The position numbers were made by a program, and so were the translations under genes. Positions 8,959 through 19,638 of a DNA stretch of 64,000 nt are shown piece by piece. Under the pieces are notes generated by a model. The model saw only the letters and a program-made list of their open reading frames with translations. It searched no databases and was not told the origin of the DNA. Each line of letters begins with the position of its first letter. The first letter of the stretch is position 1. This stretch comes from an uncultured delta proteobacterium (GTDB lineage Bacteria > Desulfobacterota > Binatia > UBA9968), in NCBI GenBank assembly GCA_963840855.1, contig CAWJBB010000065.1, positions 64,001 to 128,000 of the forward strand. Reading direction: 5' to 3'.

Positions 8959-10185
8959 TCATTCGGCTTCAAAGCCTCTCCTACTATCTGTTGAAAACCA
9001 ATCTGCCTTTGAACCAATAAACCGCTGGGAGTTATTGCGAGAGAAAAGTTGGTCGAATCTGTGATACCAAGGTTCTCCGCGCAGCAAATTAAAAATTCTT
9101 TGGCGCTTGAATAATGGATCACGGTAGAATTCCCGAAGACTCTCATATTTTTCTAACTGGCTGGGTGTCACGGACAGTCGGTCCGCACCGAGCATGCGAA
9201 TATTATTCCCTTGCTTTTGCAGGTGGTAAATATCGACACCAGCAATGCTATACGCCAGGGCGCCTCTTCCAGCCCTAGCTTTTGCAAGACGAGTAAGATG
9301 GTGAAGATATTCCAGGCCTCCCTCCTGAGGAAGAGAAATGACCGCCTCCCTTGGACGATAACCGGCTAACTCCGATTTCAATTGAGCGGTGATATCCGGA
9401 AAATCTTGGACGAATCCATCAAGGTCGGACACATCAGGTACAACAAGCACATAACTACTCGTAAATTTGCGCCCACCCTCACGGTCGATTACTTGGGGAG
9501 CATAGACACCCATCACCGCAGGCCAAAAGTGAAGCAGAAAAACCTCGTCTGCCTTACCACGGAAAGGAACCCGTTCGGCACTGGCGGCCTGAGCCCCAAT
9601 GAAGATAGAACTCGCGATATTTACGGTATAAATCTCGTTTTGTGCCCGGCGCTGCTGGAACTTTTGCAACTCCCTCCATGTGGCTTCCGCTTCGCTGACC
9701 GTTCCCCTCGCCGCACGTTGTTCGTACGGAATACGAGTCCTATGGACGCCTCGCAGTGTTTCCCAAATTGCCTCTCGCCAAAGTTTGAGCCAAACCTGAG
9801 GCATACCGAAAGCGGCAAGAAACGCCGCCTTGGGGACGATTTGAGGGTATATAAAAACCGTCATCTCTTTGCCTGTCTTCGGATCAGCTCGTTTTTCCTC
9901 GCGCAATGGTTTGATTTCCCTTTTCTTCTTATCCTTCCTTTTACGCGGGTATGCTCTTTCCTCTGTGGCCGCGTCATAAAGGTCGTTAAAAGTAGTTGCA
10001 AGAGACTTCCTTGTCAAAGAAACTGTAACCGTGGCATCTGCGCGAACGGATATTTCAGGCACTACCTTAATCTTTCGCCGCCGCATCGACTCGACGAGGA
10101 CCAAGAACCCAGCAAGGCCCGCGCGGTGTTGTGCAGTGGGAAGCACAAACGGGTCGTAAGTAAGCTCAATCACTTCTTCAGCCAT
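8959..10185 (-). CDS. cas8: Cas8 large subunit (Cmx8/DevT-like) lacking the Cas11 domain
   Basis: LPTAQHRAGLAG...FLLHFWP...YVLVVPDV; operon position. Confidence 0.85.
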   Translation of the reverse strand: MAEEVIELTYDPFVLPTAQHRAGLAGFLVLVESMRRRKIKVVPEISVRADATVTVSLTRKSLATTFNDLYDAATEERAYPRKRKDKKKREIKPLREEKRADPKTGKEMTVFIYPQIVPKAAFLAAFGMPQVWLKLWREAIWETLRGVHRTRIPYEQRAARGTVSEAEATWRELQKFQQRRAQNEIYTVNIASSIFIGAQAASAERVPFRGKADEVFLLHFWPAVMGVYAPQVIDREGGRKFTSSYVLVVPDVSDLDGFVQDFPDITAQLKSELAGYRPREAVISLPQEGGLEYLHHLTRLAKARAGRGALAYSIAGVDIYHLQKQGNNIRMLGADRLSVTPSQLEKYESLREFYRDPLFKRQRIFNLLRGEPWYHRFDQLFSRNNSQRFIGSKADWFSTDSRRGFEAE

Positions 10186-12492
10186 GTTGACTTCTCCTCA
10201 TCCAAAAAACCAAAATCAGGATGGTATTGGTCGACCGGTGCTTCGCGAAGGTATCGGCCAAGTTTTGCATTTTCTCGGGCGAAACGCCTTGGTACCGGAA
10301 CAACATAGCCATCCGCCTCTGATTCCCTAGCGTTACGTTTGAGCAAATACTCGTCAATGTCAGAATCAAGCACGCAGTCGACGGTGAAATCGTCCCCTTC
10401 GCGAAACGACTCATCTTGAGCCATTGCGTAGGGTCCGGCATCCAAAAATCCTATGTAACCGCCTTCGATGAAGGGATCTGTCACCTGCATAGCCGCCAAG
10501 TAGTTTGCGAGATCGGCGTGGCTAAACTGCTTTTTACCCGCTGACAACGTTTCAACGAAGATCTTTCCTGCCTCTATTTCTTCTTTATCGTATGGTTTTA
10601 CGCCGCTGGGCAAGTAAACATAGACCTTTCCAATACGCCCATTTTTCGGAACGGGTTCCCTGCAACAACGACCCATACGCTGAATAATAGAGGCGACAGG
10701 AGCAATCTCCGTGATAAGAACGTCTGCGTCCAAATCTAAGCTCATTTCACAGACCTGCGTGGCAACGACAACGGTGCCCTTATCGAACTCTTGGACCACG
10801 TCGCCTGTCACAAAGTTTGAAACGACTGTGGTAGCAAAATACTCTGCCGGAATCAGCGAGATGTGCTTTAAGATCCCGCGCTCTTTTCTGACAGCGTGAG
10901 ACCGTATTAACCACCCAAAGCACTTTCTTACCGCTGGCAATCGCATCTTTAACGATGTCCAATAGCCTGTTTTTCTCAACAACGGAAAGGTTGTAACGCT
11001 CGCATTCCGACTGCCGTCGTAGATCTTCAAACGCCTCCTTGGAATCTGGAAATACCTGCAAACCACAGCCATCACGAAGTGCCTCTAGCCGGTCGGATGG
11101 AAGACTGGCGGTCATGCAAAGAACTGGGATATTAAAAAACTTTAGGAACCATTCAAGCGCCGTAAACATGCTGCGGTCAAAGCTGTGGACCTCGTCGACT
11201 ACCACAACACTGTCAGCAAGAACTGGCAAAAGACAAAGAGATGCGTACTGATTCCGCACGAAAGCCAAGAAACTATCCACAGTTGCGCTGAAAACCCGTT
11301 TCGGCCAATAGCCAAGAGCGAAAAGTCGTTCCTGGACATGATAGTCACCGCCGTGGCGAGGATCGCCAGGATTTGGAAACATGCCAGCGAGATCGTACGC
11401 GGCAGTGCCATGTAACAGCGTTGCGTCTTCTCCTCCAGCCCATGAGACATAATCACGAAAACCTTCGGTCGCCGTAGAACGAGTCGGGTAGAGAAAAATC
11501 ACCCGCGATGCTGGTCGCTGACGCAATTGGTTTTTGATCCAATTCCATGCTGCAAGTGTTTTTCCCGTTCCGCATCCCGAAAGAAGCAGAGCACGCGTGC
11601 CTAGTTCTCCAGCAGCGATCTGAAAGTCGTGCCATTCGAATGCACAATCTGATTTTCTTTCAATTTCACTAATTCTCTGCCGAATGATTTTCTTTTCGAC
11701 CCAATCTGCTGTCAGTGGGTCATATTCAAAACAGTTGTTTATCCACTTTTCGAGTGAATGTCCTTCGCGGATCAGCGCCGAGCCTGCCGAGTCAGCGGCG
11801 ATAAGGCCTGCTTTCACAGCAACCAGAAGACGGTGTCGCTCTGAACCTTTTCGGAGTTTGCGTTTGAAATTATGCATTGCACGACCCAAATCCCCAGAAG
11901 GTCCTTTCCGTGGATCGACGTCGTGCTCGAATGACCACAACCGATCATAAGCAGACAAATCAGGGGGCGGGGCGCCAACGATCGGCTCTGCGAGTCGGAG
12001 GCATTTGACGAAATCTGCGTCTTGGGTAAACACATTAAAAGTGTCAACTCCAGGAAGAAGTCTCTTGGCAAATTCTTGGTCGTTCACCTTTAAGTGGTGA
12101 GAAACAACAGCCGATAGGACAGTTTCAAAGTCGATCCCAGCGGAACCGTCTCGACACAACCAATCGCGGATTGGCTCAAGGTAAAGCACTAACGCTGAAA
12201 GATGTTCGTGACGGATAGCTTGCTGACCTCGGTGGCGGAGGGTAGCTTGAAATCCGTCGTTAGCTTTGCCCAGATCATGAAATAATGCGGCCAACTGCAG
12301 GTTCGTTAAGAATTTGGGTAATTGACCTGTGGTTAGGCCGAAAAATCGGAGCCATTCTGCTCCCAGTCGGGTTGGTTGGCTAGGTGAGCCAAAGAGGTAT
12401 TGAACGGCATAGCTGACTGTCGTCACGTGCTCGGAGAGACTAATTTGTTGCCCTTTGATAGGGCTCTTTGCAAGAATGACTTCAGTCACCAT
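10170..12492 (-). CDS. cas3: Cas3 (HD nuclease plus SF2 helicase), frameshifted near 10800
   Basis: HDLGK, SHH, GCGTGKT, DEVH, MTAS, YHSRF in one frame; ATQVCEMSLDLD and QRMGRCCR in another. Confidence 0.9.
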
Positions 12493-13073
12493 TACCTCCG
12501 CCACGGTACAAACATCCCACAGCCCATATGTCTGCGACCGCCGAGCCCATTTTCTTGCAACCGTAAAGATTCTTCGGCATCGAGTTCTAACGCTGCTAAT
12601 TCAAATCCCACGACCTGTTTCTCCTTGACTCGTAGGGTCCGCCGTTCGCCCACCTTGATTTCTGCCTCTATTCCAAGTTTTTCAAGCTGTCGCTTGGCTG
12701 CATCCAAGAAAGCTGGAGGCTCCATAAATCCCTTGATCGTGACAAGGCGCGAGTAAAGTGAGGCACGCGAACGCAGAAGGCGAACCTCTGGGACGCCGAC
12801 CTGGAGAATGTGACTGTCTATGTCTAATCTTTCGCCGGCCAATTTCAAAAATTCTCCGATGCGCTCGCTTTCCAGTCTTATGACTAATCGCGATGAATCT
12901 CTCAGAATTAATTCGCCATTGCCGGAATACGTGCCCCGGATAGGTTGCACGCCAATGTTCTTCGCTCCATGAATCGCCGGCAAAAGTCGGCTGATCGCCG
13001 AATAGAGCGCGTATCCGTGGTCCACAAGCACCTTGCTGCCGGTCAATCTAAACGCCAAATCCACGTAGGGCAT
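12492..13073 (-). CDS. cas6: Cas6 (Cmx6-like)
   Basis: DHGYALYSAI; C-terminal G-rich loop GLGGRRHMGCGMF. Confidence 0.93.
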   Translation of the reverse strand: MPYVDLAFRLTGSKVLVDHGYALYSAISRLLPAIHGAKNIGVQPIRGTYSGNGELILRDSSRLVIRLESERIGEFLKLAGERLDIDSHILQVGVPEVRLLRSRASLYSRLVTIKGFMEPPAFLDAAKRQLEKLGIEAEIKVGERRTLRVKEKQVVGFELAALELDAEESLRLQENGLGGRRHMGCGMFVPWRR

Positions 13074-13112
13074 CGCACTTCCTTATTCCAAATCCGAGCT
13101 TACAATACGTCG

Positions 13113-13162
13113 TTGACACATAAGGTCACGGTCTTTAAATTTGTTTTGACATTTGAGGTCAC
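13113..13162. promoter_or_regulatory. tandem operator-like motif TTGACA-N4-AGGTCAC (x2) upstream of the cas operon
   Basis: Copies at 13113-13129 and 13146-13162, 33-bp period, each with TGAC-N7-GTCA dyad symmetry. Confidence 0.6.
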
Positions 13163-13174
13163 AACCTTTGGTCG

Positions 13175-13290
13175 GTTCAAAGTTCAATGTTCAAGGTTCA
13201 ACGTGATCGACCGTTCAAGACGTTCCAGTCGTTCAAATCGTTCCAACCGTTCAACCGTTCAACGGTTTTGCTCCGTCGAAGTGGTTCAAT
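13175..13290. repeat. GTTCAA-based 7-mer/9-mer tandem repeats
   Basis: GTTCAAAGTTCAATGTTCAAGGTTCAAC...CGTTCAAGACGTTCCAGTCGTTCAAATC. Confidence 0.7.
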
Positions 13291-13417
13291 GACTCCTAAA
13301 ACAAGGTCTTCAGCGGGACGATGGCCGAGAGCACCTCCCGGTTCCAGTCGTTCCAGGGTTCCAGGCGTTCCATTCCTTTCGATTCGTTCGTCAGTACCAC
13401 TCAGGTTGGACCGCCGG

Positions 13418-13967
13418 TCAGCGTTTTCCGTAACGCGCCGCTCTTTCCTTAGCCAAAAAGCCGATCTTCCGCTTGTTGGGCTGCGGTGGGGTCATCATCT
13501 GGCGTATCGCGTCGAAGACCACCTTGAACTGAGCATCGTATTTCCGTTCCAGCGTTTCGAGCTTGATTGCCAGATCTTTGTGAGTAGCCAATATTTCCCT
13601 TAACCGCACAAAGGCTCTCATGATTTTCAATGTTAACAGCAACGGCTCGTTTACTCCGTAGAACGCTGGAAAGCATGGCAACCCCTTGTTCGGTAAATGC
13701 GTAAGGAAGGTATTTCCGATGTCGTCCCCGGCCCGTTTCTAAGGTCACAATTTGTGACCTTAGAGCAACGAACTCCTCGTTTGTTAGCTGAAACATGAAG
13801 TCGGCGGGGAACCGGTCTTTATTGCGTTTAACGGCTTGGTTGAAAACTTTGGTCGGCACTTCGTAAAGCTCTGCCAGGTTGGCATCCAGCATTACTTTCT
13901 GACTGCGGATGAGAAAGATGGACTTCTCGATCCGCTCGGAAGGAATGATTTGATCTTTATCGGGCAT
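13418..13967 (-). CDS. ORF6N-domain (KilA-N-like) DNA-binding protein, 1-nt frameshift near 13625
   Basis: [30 protein letters not shown]...[16 protein letters not shown], then IMRAFVRLR...RKIGF in the next frame. Confidence 0.88.
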
Positions 13968-14241
13968 ATTTGCTGGGGATATTATGCAATCTGGCGGCGC
14001 GAGGGCAAGTCGGTTTTCTGCGGCCTACTTCGGCCCGATGCTATACGTGCATCGACCAACCCCTTCCGTTTCTTGCCACTGTTTTGATCCATCAACAGGT
14101 TTGCTTCGTCACCTTACTCCATAAGGAAACTACCGTTCCAATGGTTCCACTTGCTCTCACCCCCAGATCCACCGTCCCCGTTCCAATTGTTCAAGGGCTT
14201 TTGCCGGTTTGATACGATGAACGAGCCAATTCAAACCGCAA

Positions 14242-15227
14242 TTACGGACTGGAACCGAGCACTTTCCTGGCCTCTTCTCTCACTTTTTGTCTCACCGCCT
14301 CAGGTCCCACGACCGTCACCTCACCCCCAAAGCTCAATATCCATCCGACCAGCTCGTCGTTGTCCGCGACTTTCAAGATCATTTTGAGCCGGCCGTCCTT
14401 CAAGAGTTTGGTTTCCTGGCTCGGGTGCCAGCTTTTGTCTTTGACCCAGGCGGAGGCTTTTTGGAAAACAGCAGCTCGACTTCGATGCGGCGGCCGCGCA
14501 TGACGTTCAGCGCGTCCTGGACGTATTCCTGAACGTTGAACCCGAGCGGCAATTGGTAGGGATGGTCGGTGTGCGCGATCGTGCGGATTCGTTCGACGGC
14601 GAACAGCCGCACGTCTTTGCGCAAGTGACAGTAGGCGATCAAATAGAGCCCGCCGGCGGCGAACCAGAGATGATACGGATCGACTTCGCGCCGTCCGGTG
14701 TTGTCGCGCGAGGCTGAGTAGTAGCGCATTTGCGCCGTGCGCCGTTTGTCGATGGCTTGGGAAATGAGATCGACGGTTTGCCGGTGCTCGCGGTAGCTCT
14801 TGTGCGGGCCGAGGCCGACTGTAAACATCTGTTCCATGGACCGCACGTACTCGTGGCCCTGGGGTGGCAGGGCCGCGGATGCTTTAGACAGGGCGGAGTT
14901 GAGAGACTCGGAAATCTCTGTGCCTTCGAGCGGTTTTAGAAGATTGCGGCTAAGGAGCAATGCCATCAGCTCGGTGGCGGAAAAGCCCAGCGCGGGAATA
15001 GCGCGAAAACCTTCCATCAATCGCCAGCGGGTCTGGCCGTTGTGACGTTCGGTGATGACGGGAAACCCGACCGCTTCCAGGGCCTCTAAATCGCGCCGCA
15101 CTGTGCGGGCGTTTTTCGGGAAATCTTCAGGTACGGATTCGACAAGTGCCTGCAGAGTCAGGCCGTTCGCGCCTTCGAGACGGCGCAATAGATGCCACTG
15201 CCGGGTGATCTGGTCGTTTCGCGGCAT
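14242..15227 (-). CDS. HTH-WYL-WCX transcriptional regulator, 1-nt frameshift in an A-run near 14460
   Basis: RTVRRDLEALE; REVDPYHL..GLYLIAYCHLRKDVRLFAVERI; shifted C-terminus WHPSQ..ELVGWILSFG. Confidence 0.9.
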
Positions 15228-15431
15228 AAGTCCGCCCGTACACTACGGGATACGCGCGGCAAACGTCAACTGCGCGGGGATCGACAGTGATTCCGAAAGG
15301 CAAATATTCGATGCACCGCCATAGGGTACTGGCAAGACTGGCCCTGCCCGCTATTTGCCGACCAAACATCAGGTGGTCGTTGGTCCTTCCACTTGGCGGA
15401 GGGTAAGTTGATACTGGTGGTAGCCAATCTG

Positions 15432-15977
15432 TCAGGCAAAATCTCTAGGCAGGGTATCGGACAGGGGATCGCTCCGCATCAGCATGTCCGTGAGCTGCGC
15501 CCGATGATTGGCTTCTTCGGCGAGGATGCGACGCAAGGTTGTCGCGGTCTCGGCATCGAATGGCTCGACCATCGGCAGCCGGTCGGTCAGGTCCCATAAG
15601 TGGCGCTTCTTTGCCGTAAGATCGAGGCGCAAATCCTCCCAAGTGTTCGAGCCGTCTTCTATTGCGGACGAAATTTCCGGGATCTCACCTCCCAGGGCGA
15701 GAATCCTTTCCTTAAGCCACTGGGCGTGCTTTTCTTCGTCTTCGGCGATTCGCAAGAGCTTCTCACGAAAATGCTTATAGCGCATTTGCTCCGCATGGCG
15801 CCTGTACTGGAATGCGTCTTTCATTTTATCGACATACTCTTGGGAAAGCAGCGCGAGAATCTCTTTCCGCGGATCGTGGGTCAGGACGCGCTGGACTCGA
15901 CCCCAGATGCTTTTCAACGCGCTAGAGAGAGACACAGGGCCTCCATTATCGTCTTGGTGAAAGTTACCGGTCTTCAT
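15432..15977 (-). CDS. ferritin-like (rubrerythrin/bacterioferritin fold) protein
   Basis: Two ExxH motifs (EEKH, EANH), ERILALGGE; start uncertain. Confidence 0.7.
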   Translation of the reverse strand: MKTGNFHQDDNGGPVSLSSALKSIWGRVQRVLTHDPRKEILALLSQEYVDKMKDAFQYRRHAEQMRYKHFREKLLRIAEDEEKHAQWLKERILALGGEIPEISSAIEDGSNTWEDLRLDLTAKKRHLWDLTDRLPMVEPFDAETATTLRRILAEEANHRAQLTDMLMRSDPLSDTLPRDFA

Positions 15978-16228
15978 GTAAAGTGCGAAAATACGTTGTG
16001 GCTTCTTTCCCCGGGCCTTCCCCCTTTTTGTAGCGCGGTCCGGGCAGATAAAAGACTGAGGACTGTCCGTCACGCGGTTGCCGGTACAAGCCTGGTCAGT
16101 TGAAAGACTTCCTCCGGCATCTCCGTGCTGAGACAATCACCTCTCTTTCTTGGGCTAGTCTGATCACGAAGCTTCGTAACCTGTGCGCAATCCTACTGGA
16201 GTGATGCATTTCGAACCCAATACTCCGT

Positions 16229-18871
16229 CTACGCCGCCGCGGCGCCGCGGTCGGCCTCCGCGCGGCTCTCGACGCTGAATTTCAGCTCGCCGCTGGCACG
16301 GTCGTGGTCGACGATCACCGTCTGGCCGTCCTTGACTTCGCCTTTGAGTAAGAGCCGGCCCAAAGGCGTCTCGATCTCCTTCTGGATCGCCCGTTTCAAC
16401 GGCCGGGCGCCGTAGCTGGGATCGTAACCGCTGACAGCCAAATGCTCGCGCGCCCGCTCGGTGAGATCGAGGGTAATGTGGCGCTCGGCCAGCCGGGCCC
16501 GCAGCCGCTCGAGCTGGATCTCGACGATCTGCTTCAGATGCTCCCGCGCCAGGCTGTGGAAGACCACGATCTCATCGACCCGGTTGAGAAACTCCGGCCG
16601 GAATTGCTGCCGCAGCGCGTCCAGCACTTCCTTCTTCATCATTTCGTAGGAATCGGTATCGCCGCCGCCCCGATAGGCGAGAATCAGCTGGCTGCCGACG
16701 TTGGAGGTCATGATCACCACCGTGTTCTTGAAATCCACCGTGCGCCCGTGGCCGTCGGTGAGCCGGCCGTCATCGAGAATTTGCAATAACACATTGAACA
16801 CGTCGGTATGCGCCTTCTCGATCTCGTCGAATAGCACCACGGTGTAGGGCCGCCGCCGCACCGCCTCGGTTAACTGGCCGCCTTCGTCGTAACCGACGTA
16901 GCCCGGCGGCGCGCCTATCAAGCGGGCCACGGTATGTCTTTCCTGGAACTCGGACATGTCGAGGCGCACCATATTTTTCTCGTCGTCGAATAGAAACTCC
17001 GCCAGGGCGCGTGCCAACTCCGTCTTACCTACTCCCGTGGGGCCGAGAAAAATAAATGAACCGATGGGACGATTGGGATCTTTCAGTCCCGAGCGAGCGC
17101 GCACCACCGCGTCGGCGACGGCTTCAACCGCTTCGTCCTGGCCAACGACGCGCTTGTGCAGATGTTCGCCCAGCTGGAGCAGTTTTTCTTTCTCGCCTTC
17201 GAGTAGTTTCGAAACCGGAATGCCCGTCCAGCGCGCCACCACCGCCGCAATGTCGTCCTCGTCGACCTCTTCCTTGATCAGCTGCATGCTGCCCTGTTCG
17301 TGCAGCCGTTTCTCTTCGGCGGCCAAGTCGCGTTCGAGCTGAGCCAGCTTGCCGTATTTGAGCTCGGCGGCGCGATTGAGATCGTACTGCCGCTCCGCCT
17401 GCTCGATGGCCAATTTGGCTTTCTCTATTTCTTCCTTGAGGCTGCGCAGACGGGTTAGGGCTTGCTTTTCCACCTCCCAGCGCGCTTTCAGTTCTTGTTG
17501 CTGGGCTTTCAAGTCCGCCAGCTCCTTTTCCAATTTGACCAGCCGTTCGCGCGACGCCGCGTCGCTTTCCTTGCGCAGCGCCTCGCGTTCGATTTCCAGT
17601 TGCATGACCCGGCGTGAAACGTTGTCGAGCTCCGTCGGCATCGACTCGATCTCGGTGCGCAGCTTGGCGGCCGCCTCATCGACCAGATCAATGGCCTTGT
17701 CGGGCAAGAACCGGTCGGTGATATAGCGATGCGAGAGCACCGCGGCGGTGACCAGCGCGGCGTCTTTAATGCGCACGCCGTGGTGAACTTCGTAGCGCTC
17801 GCGCAGGCCGCGCAGGATCGAGATGGTATCCTCGACGCTGGGCTGATCGACAAACACCGGCTGGAAGCGCCGCTCCAGCGCCCGGTCTTTTTCGACGTGC
17901 TTTCGGTACTCATCCAGGGTGGTGGCGCCAATGCAGTGCAGCTCGCCGCGCGCCAGCAGCGGCTTGAGCAGGTTGGAAGCGTCCATGGAGCCCTCCGCGG
18001 CCCCCGCCCCCACCACGGTGTGCAGTTCGTCGATGAACAGGATGACTTCCCCCTGGGATTCCTGGACCTCTTTGAGCACCGCCTTGAGCCGCTCTTCAAA
18101 TTCGCCGCGGTACTTCGCCCCGGCGATCAGCGCGCCCATATCCAACGAAATAAGCCGTTTGTTCTTGAGGCTTTCGGGTACATCACCGCGCAAAATGCGC
18201 TGGGCCAAGCCTTCGACGATGGCGGTCTTGCCGACACCGGGGTCGCCGATCAGCACGGGATTATTTTTGCTGCGCCGGGAGAGCACTTGGACCACGCGGC
18301 GAATTTCTTCGTCGCGGCCAATCACCGGGTCGAGCTTGCCTTGAGCGGCGAGCTTGGTGAAGTCGCGGCCGTATTTTTCCAGAGCCTGATATGTCGCCTC
18401 AGGATTCTGCGATGTCACCCGCTGGTTGCCCCGTATATCTTTCAACGCCCCGGCCAATTTTTCGCGGCTCACGCCGAATTCCTTGAGAACCCGTCCGGCG
18501 GCGCCGCCATCTTCCGTCATGGCGAGCAGCAGATGTTCTATGGAGATGAATTCATCCTTGAGGTTTTTCGCCTCGTCTTCGGCCTGCGCCAGCAGGCGAT
18601 TCAAACGGCCGGTGATGTAAATTTGCTCGGGCGCGCCCCCGGCTTGTGACACCCTGGGCATGCGCTCGAGCTCTTGCTCGACGCGCCGCTTGAAGCCATC
18701 AGCGTTGACGCCGGCCTTGCCCAAAATCGACGCCGCCAGACCGTTCTCCTGTTCGAGCAGCACCGCCAGCAAATGCTCTACGTCAACCTGCTGATGGCTG
18801 TAACGGGCAGCTTTGGTTTGTGCCGCGCTGATGGCTTCTTGAGCTTTTTGCGTAAAGCGGTTGATGTCCAT
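16229..18871 (-). CDS. clpB: ATP-dependent chaperone ClpB
   Basis: Two AAA+ modules ([16 protein letters not shown]), M-domain, GARPLKR. Confidence 0.98.
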   Translation of the reverse strand: MDINRFTQKAQEAISAAQTKAARYSHQQVDVEHLLAVLLEQENGLAASILGKAGVNADGFKRRVEQELERMPRVSQAGGAPEQIYITGRLNRLLAQAEDEAKNLKDEFISIEHLLLAMTEDGGAAGRVLKEFGVSREKLAGALKDIRGNQRVTSQNPEATYQALEKYGRDFTKLAAQGKLDPVIGRDEEIRRVVQVLSRRSKNNPVLIGDPGVGKTAIVEGLAQRILRGDVPESLKNKRLISLDMGALIAGAKYRGEFEERLKAVLKEVQESQGEVILFIDELHTVVGAGAAEGSMDASNLLKPLLARGELHCIGATTLDEYRKHVEKDRALERRFQPVFVDQPSVEDTISILRGLRERYEVHHGVRIKDAALVTAAVLSHRYITDRFLPDKAIDLVDEAAAKLRTEIESMPTELDNVSRRVMQLEIEREALRKESDAASRERLVKLEKELADLKAQQQELKARWEVEKQALTRLRSLKEEIEKAKLAIEQAERQYDLNRAAELKYGKLAQLERDLAAEEKRLHEQGSMQLIKEEVDEDDIAAVVARWTGIPVSKLLEGEKEKLLQLGEHLHKRVVGQDEAVEAVADAVVRARSGLKDPNRPIGSFIFLGPTGVGKTELARALAEFLFDDEKNMVRLDMSEFQERHTVARLIGAPPGYVGYDEGGQLTEAVRRRPYTVVLFDEIEKAHTDVFNVLLQILDDGRLTDGHGRTVDFKNTVVIMTSNVGSQLILAYRGGGDTDSYEMMKKEVLDALRQQFRPEFLNRVDEIVVFHSLAREHLKQIVEIQLERLRARLAERHITLDLTERAREHLAVSGYDPSYGARPLKRAIQKEIETPLGRLLLKGEVKDGQTVIVDHDRASGELKFSVESRAEADRGAAAA

Positions 18872-19055
18872 GGCAACTCTCCTTTGCTGAGTTGGAGTTC
18901 AAGGTTCAACGTCCGAATCGAATTACAACTTTGAACATTGAACCATAGCTTTCAAAGCCGGTCTTGACGTACTATCGCCAACCCTGTCTCCCCTTACGAA
19001 GGCGAGATTCAGTGGGGAGTCACCACGACGTGAACGGCGCGCAACCGAAAGCTGC

Positions 19056-19544
19056 TCACTGCGCGACTCGGACGCGCGCGGGCCTGAGCACTTCGTCGCC
19101 CCAGCGATAACCGCGCTGCAACTCCTCTGTGACTGTGCCCGGTTCGACCTCCGCGCTTCGCACCGAGCCGATGGCGTCGTGGAGTTCGGGGTCAAAAGTC
19201 TCGCCCAAACTTTTGAGCGGACTGACGCCGTGGGCTTCGAGCAGACCGAGGAGTTGGCGGTGCAGCAACCGCAAACCCTCCGACACCGATGAGGGTCTTT
19301 CGCCTATGTGAGTGAGCGCGCGGTCGAAGCCGTCCATCACTTCAAGCAGCGACAGTATGACGTCGCGCTTGCCGCTATGGGCCGCGCTGGAACGCTCCCG
19401 CTCCACCCGCCGGCGATAATTGTCAAAGTCGGCCAGCGCGCGCAGATACATATCATGCTCGCGGCGCAACTCTTCTTTGAGCCTCTCGGTTTCGGCGGCA
19501 GCGTCCGTCGTTGGACGATTTTTGTTTTGCTCGGTGGCTTCCAT
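19056..19544 (-). CDS. grpE: nucleotide exchange factor GrpE
   Basis: LRALADFDNYRRR...FDPELHDA...GY..LRPARVRV. Confidence 0.95.
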   Translation of the reverse strand: MEATEQNKNRPTTDAAAETERLKEELRREHDMYLRALADFDNYRRRVERERSSAAHSGKRDVILSLLEVMDGFDRALTHIGERPSSVSEGLRLLHRQLLGLLEAHGVSPLKSLGETFDPELHDAIGSVRSAEVEPGTVTEELQRGYRWGDEVLRPARVRVAQ

Positions 19545-19638
19545 TATTTCCTTAAAGAGTTTCGGAGCGCTGGAGCAATGGAGTAGTGGAATTAAAACCC
19601 AATCCTCCAGTACTCCAATACTCCATGACTCCGTTCTT

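Noticed and set aside
4410-15227. CRISPR-associated transposon (I-B CAST), suggested by repeat type, short array and broken cas3
   Set aside because: No tnsA/B/C or tniQ/tnsD in the window, and cas1, cas2, cas3 and cas4 are present
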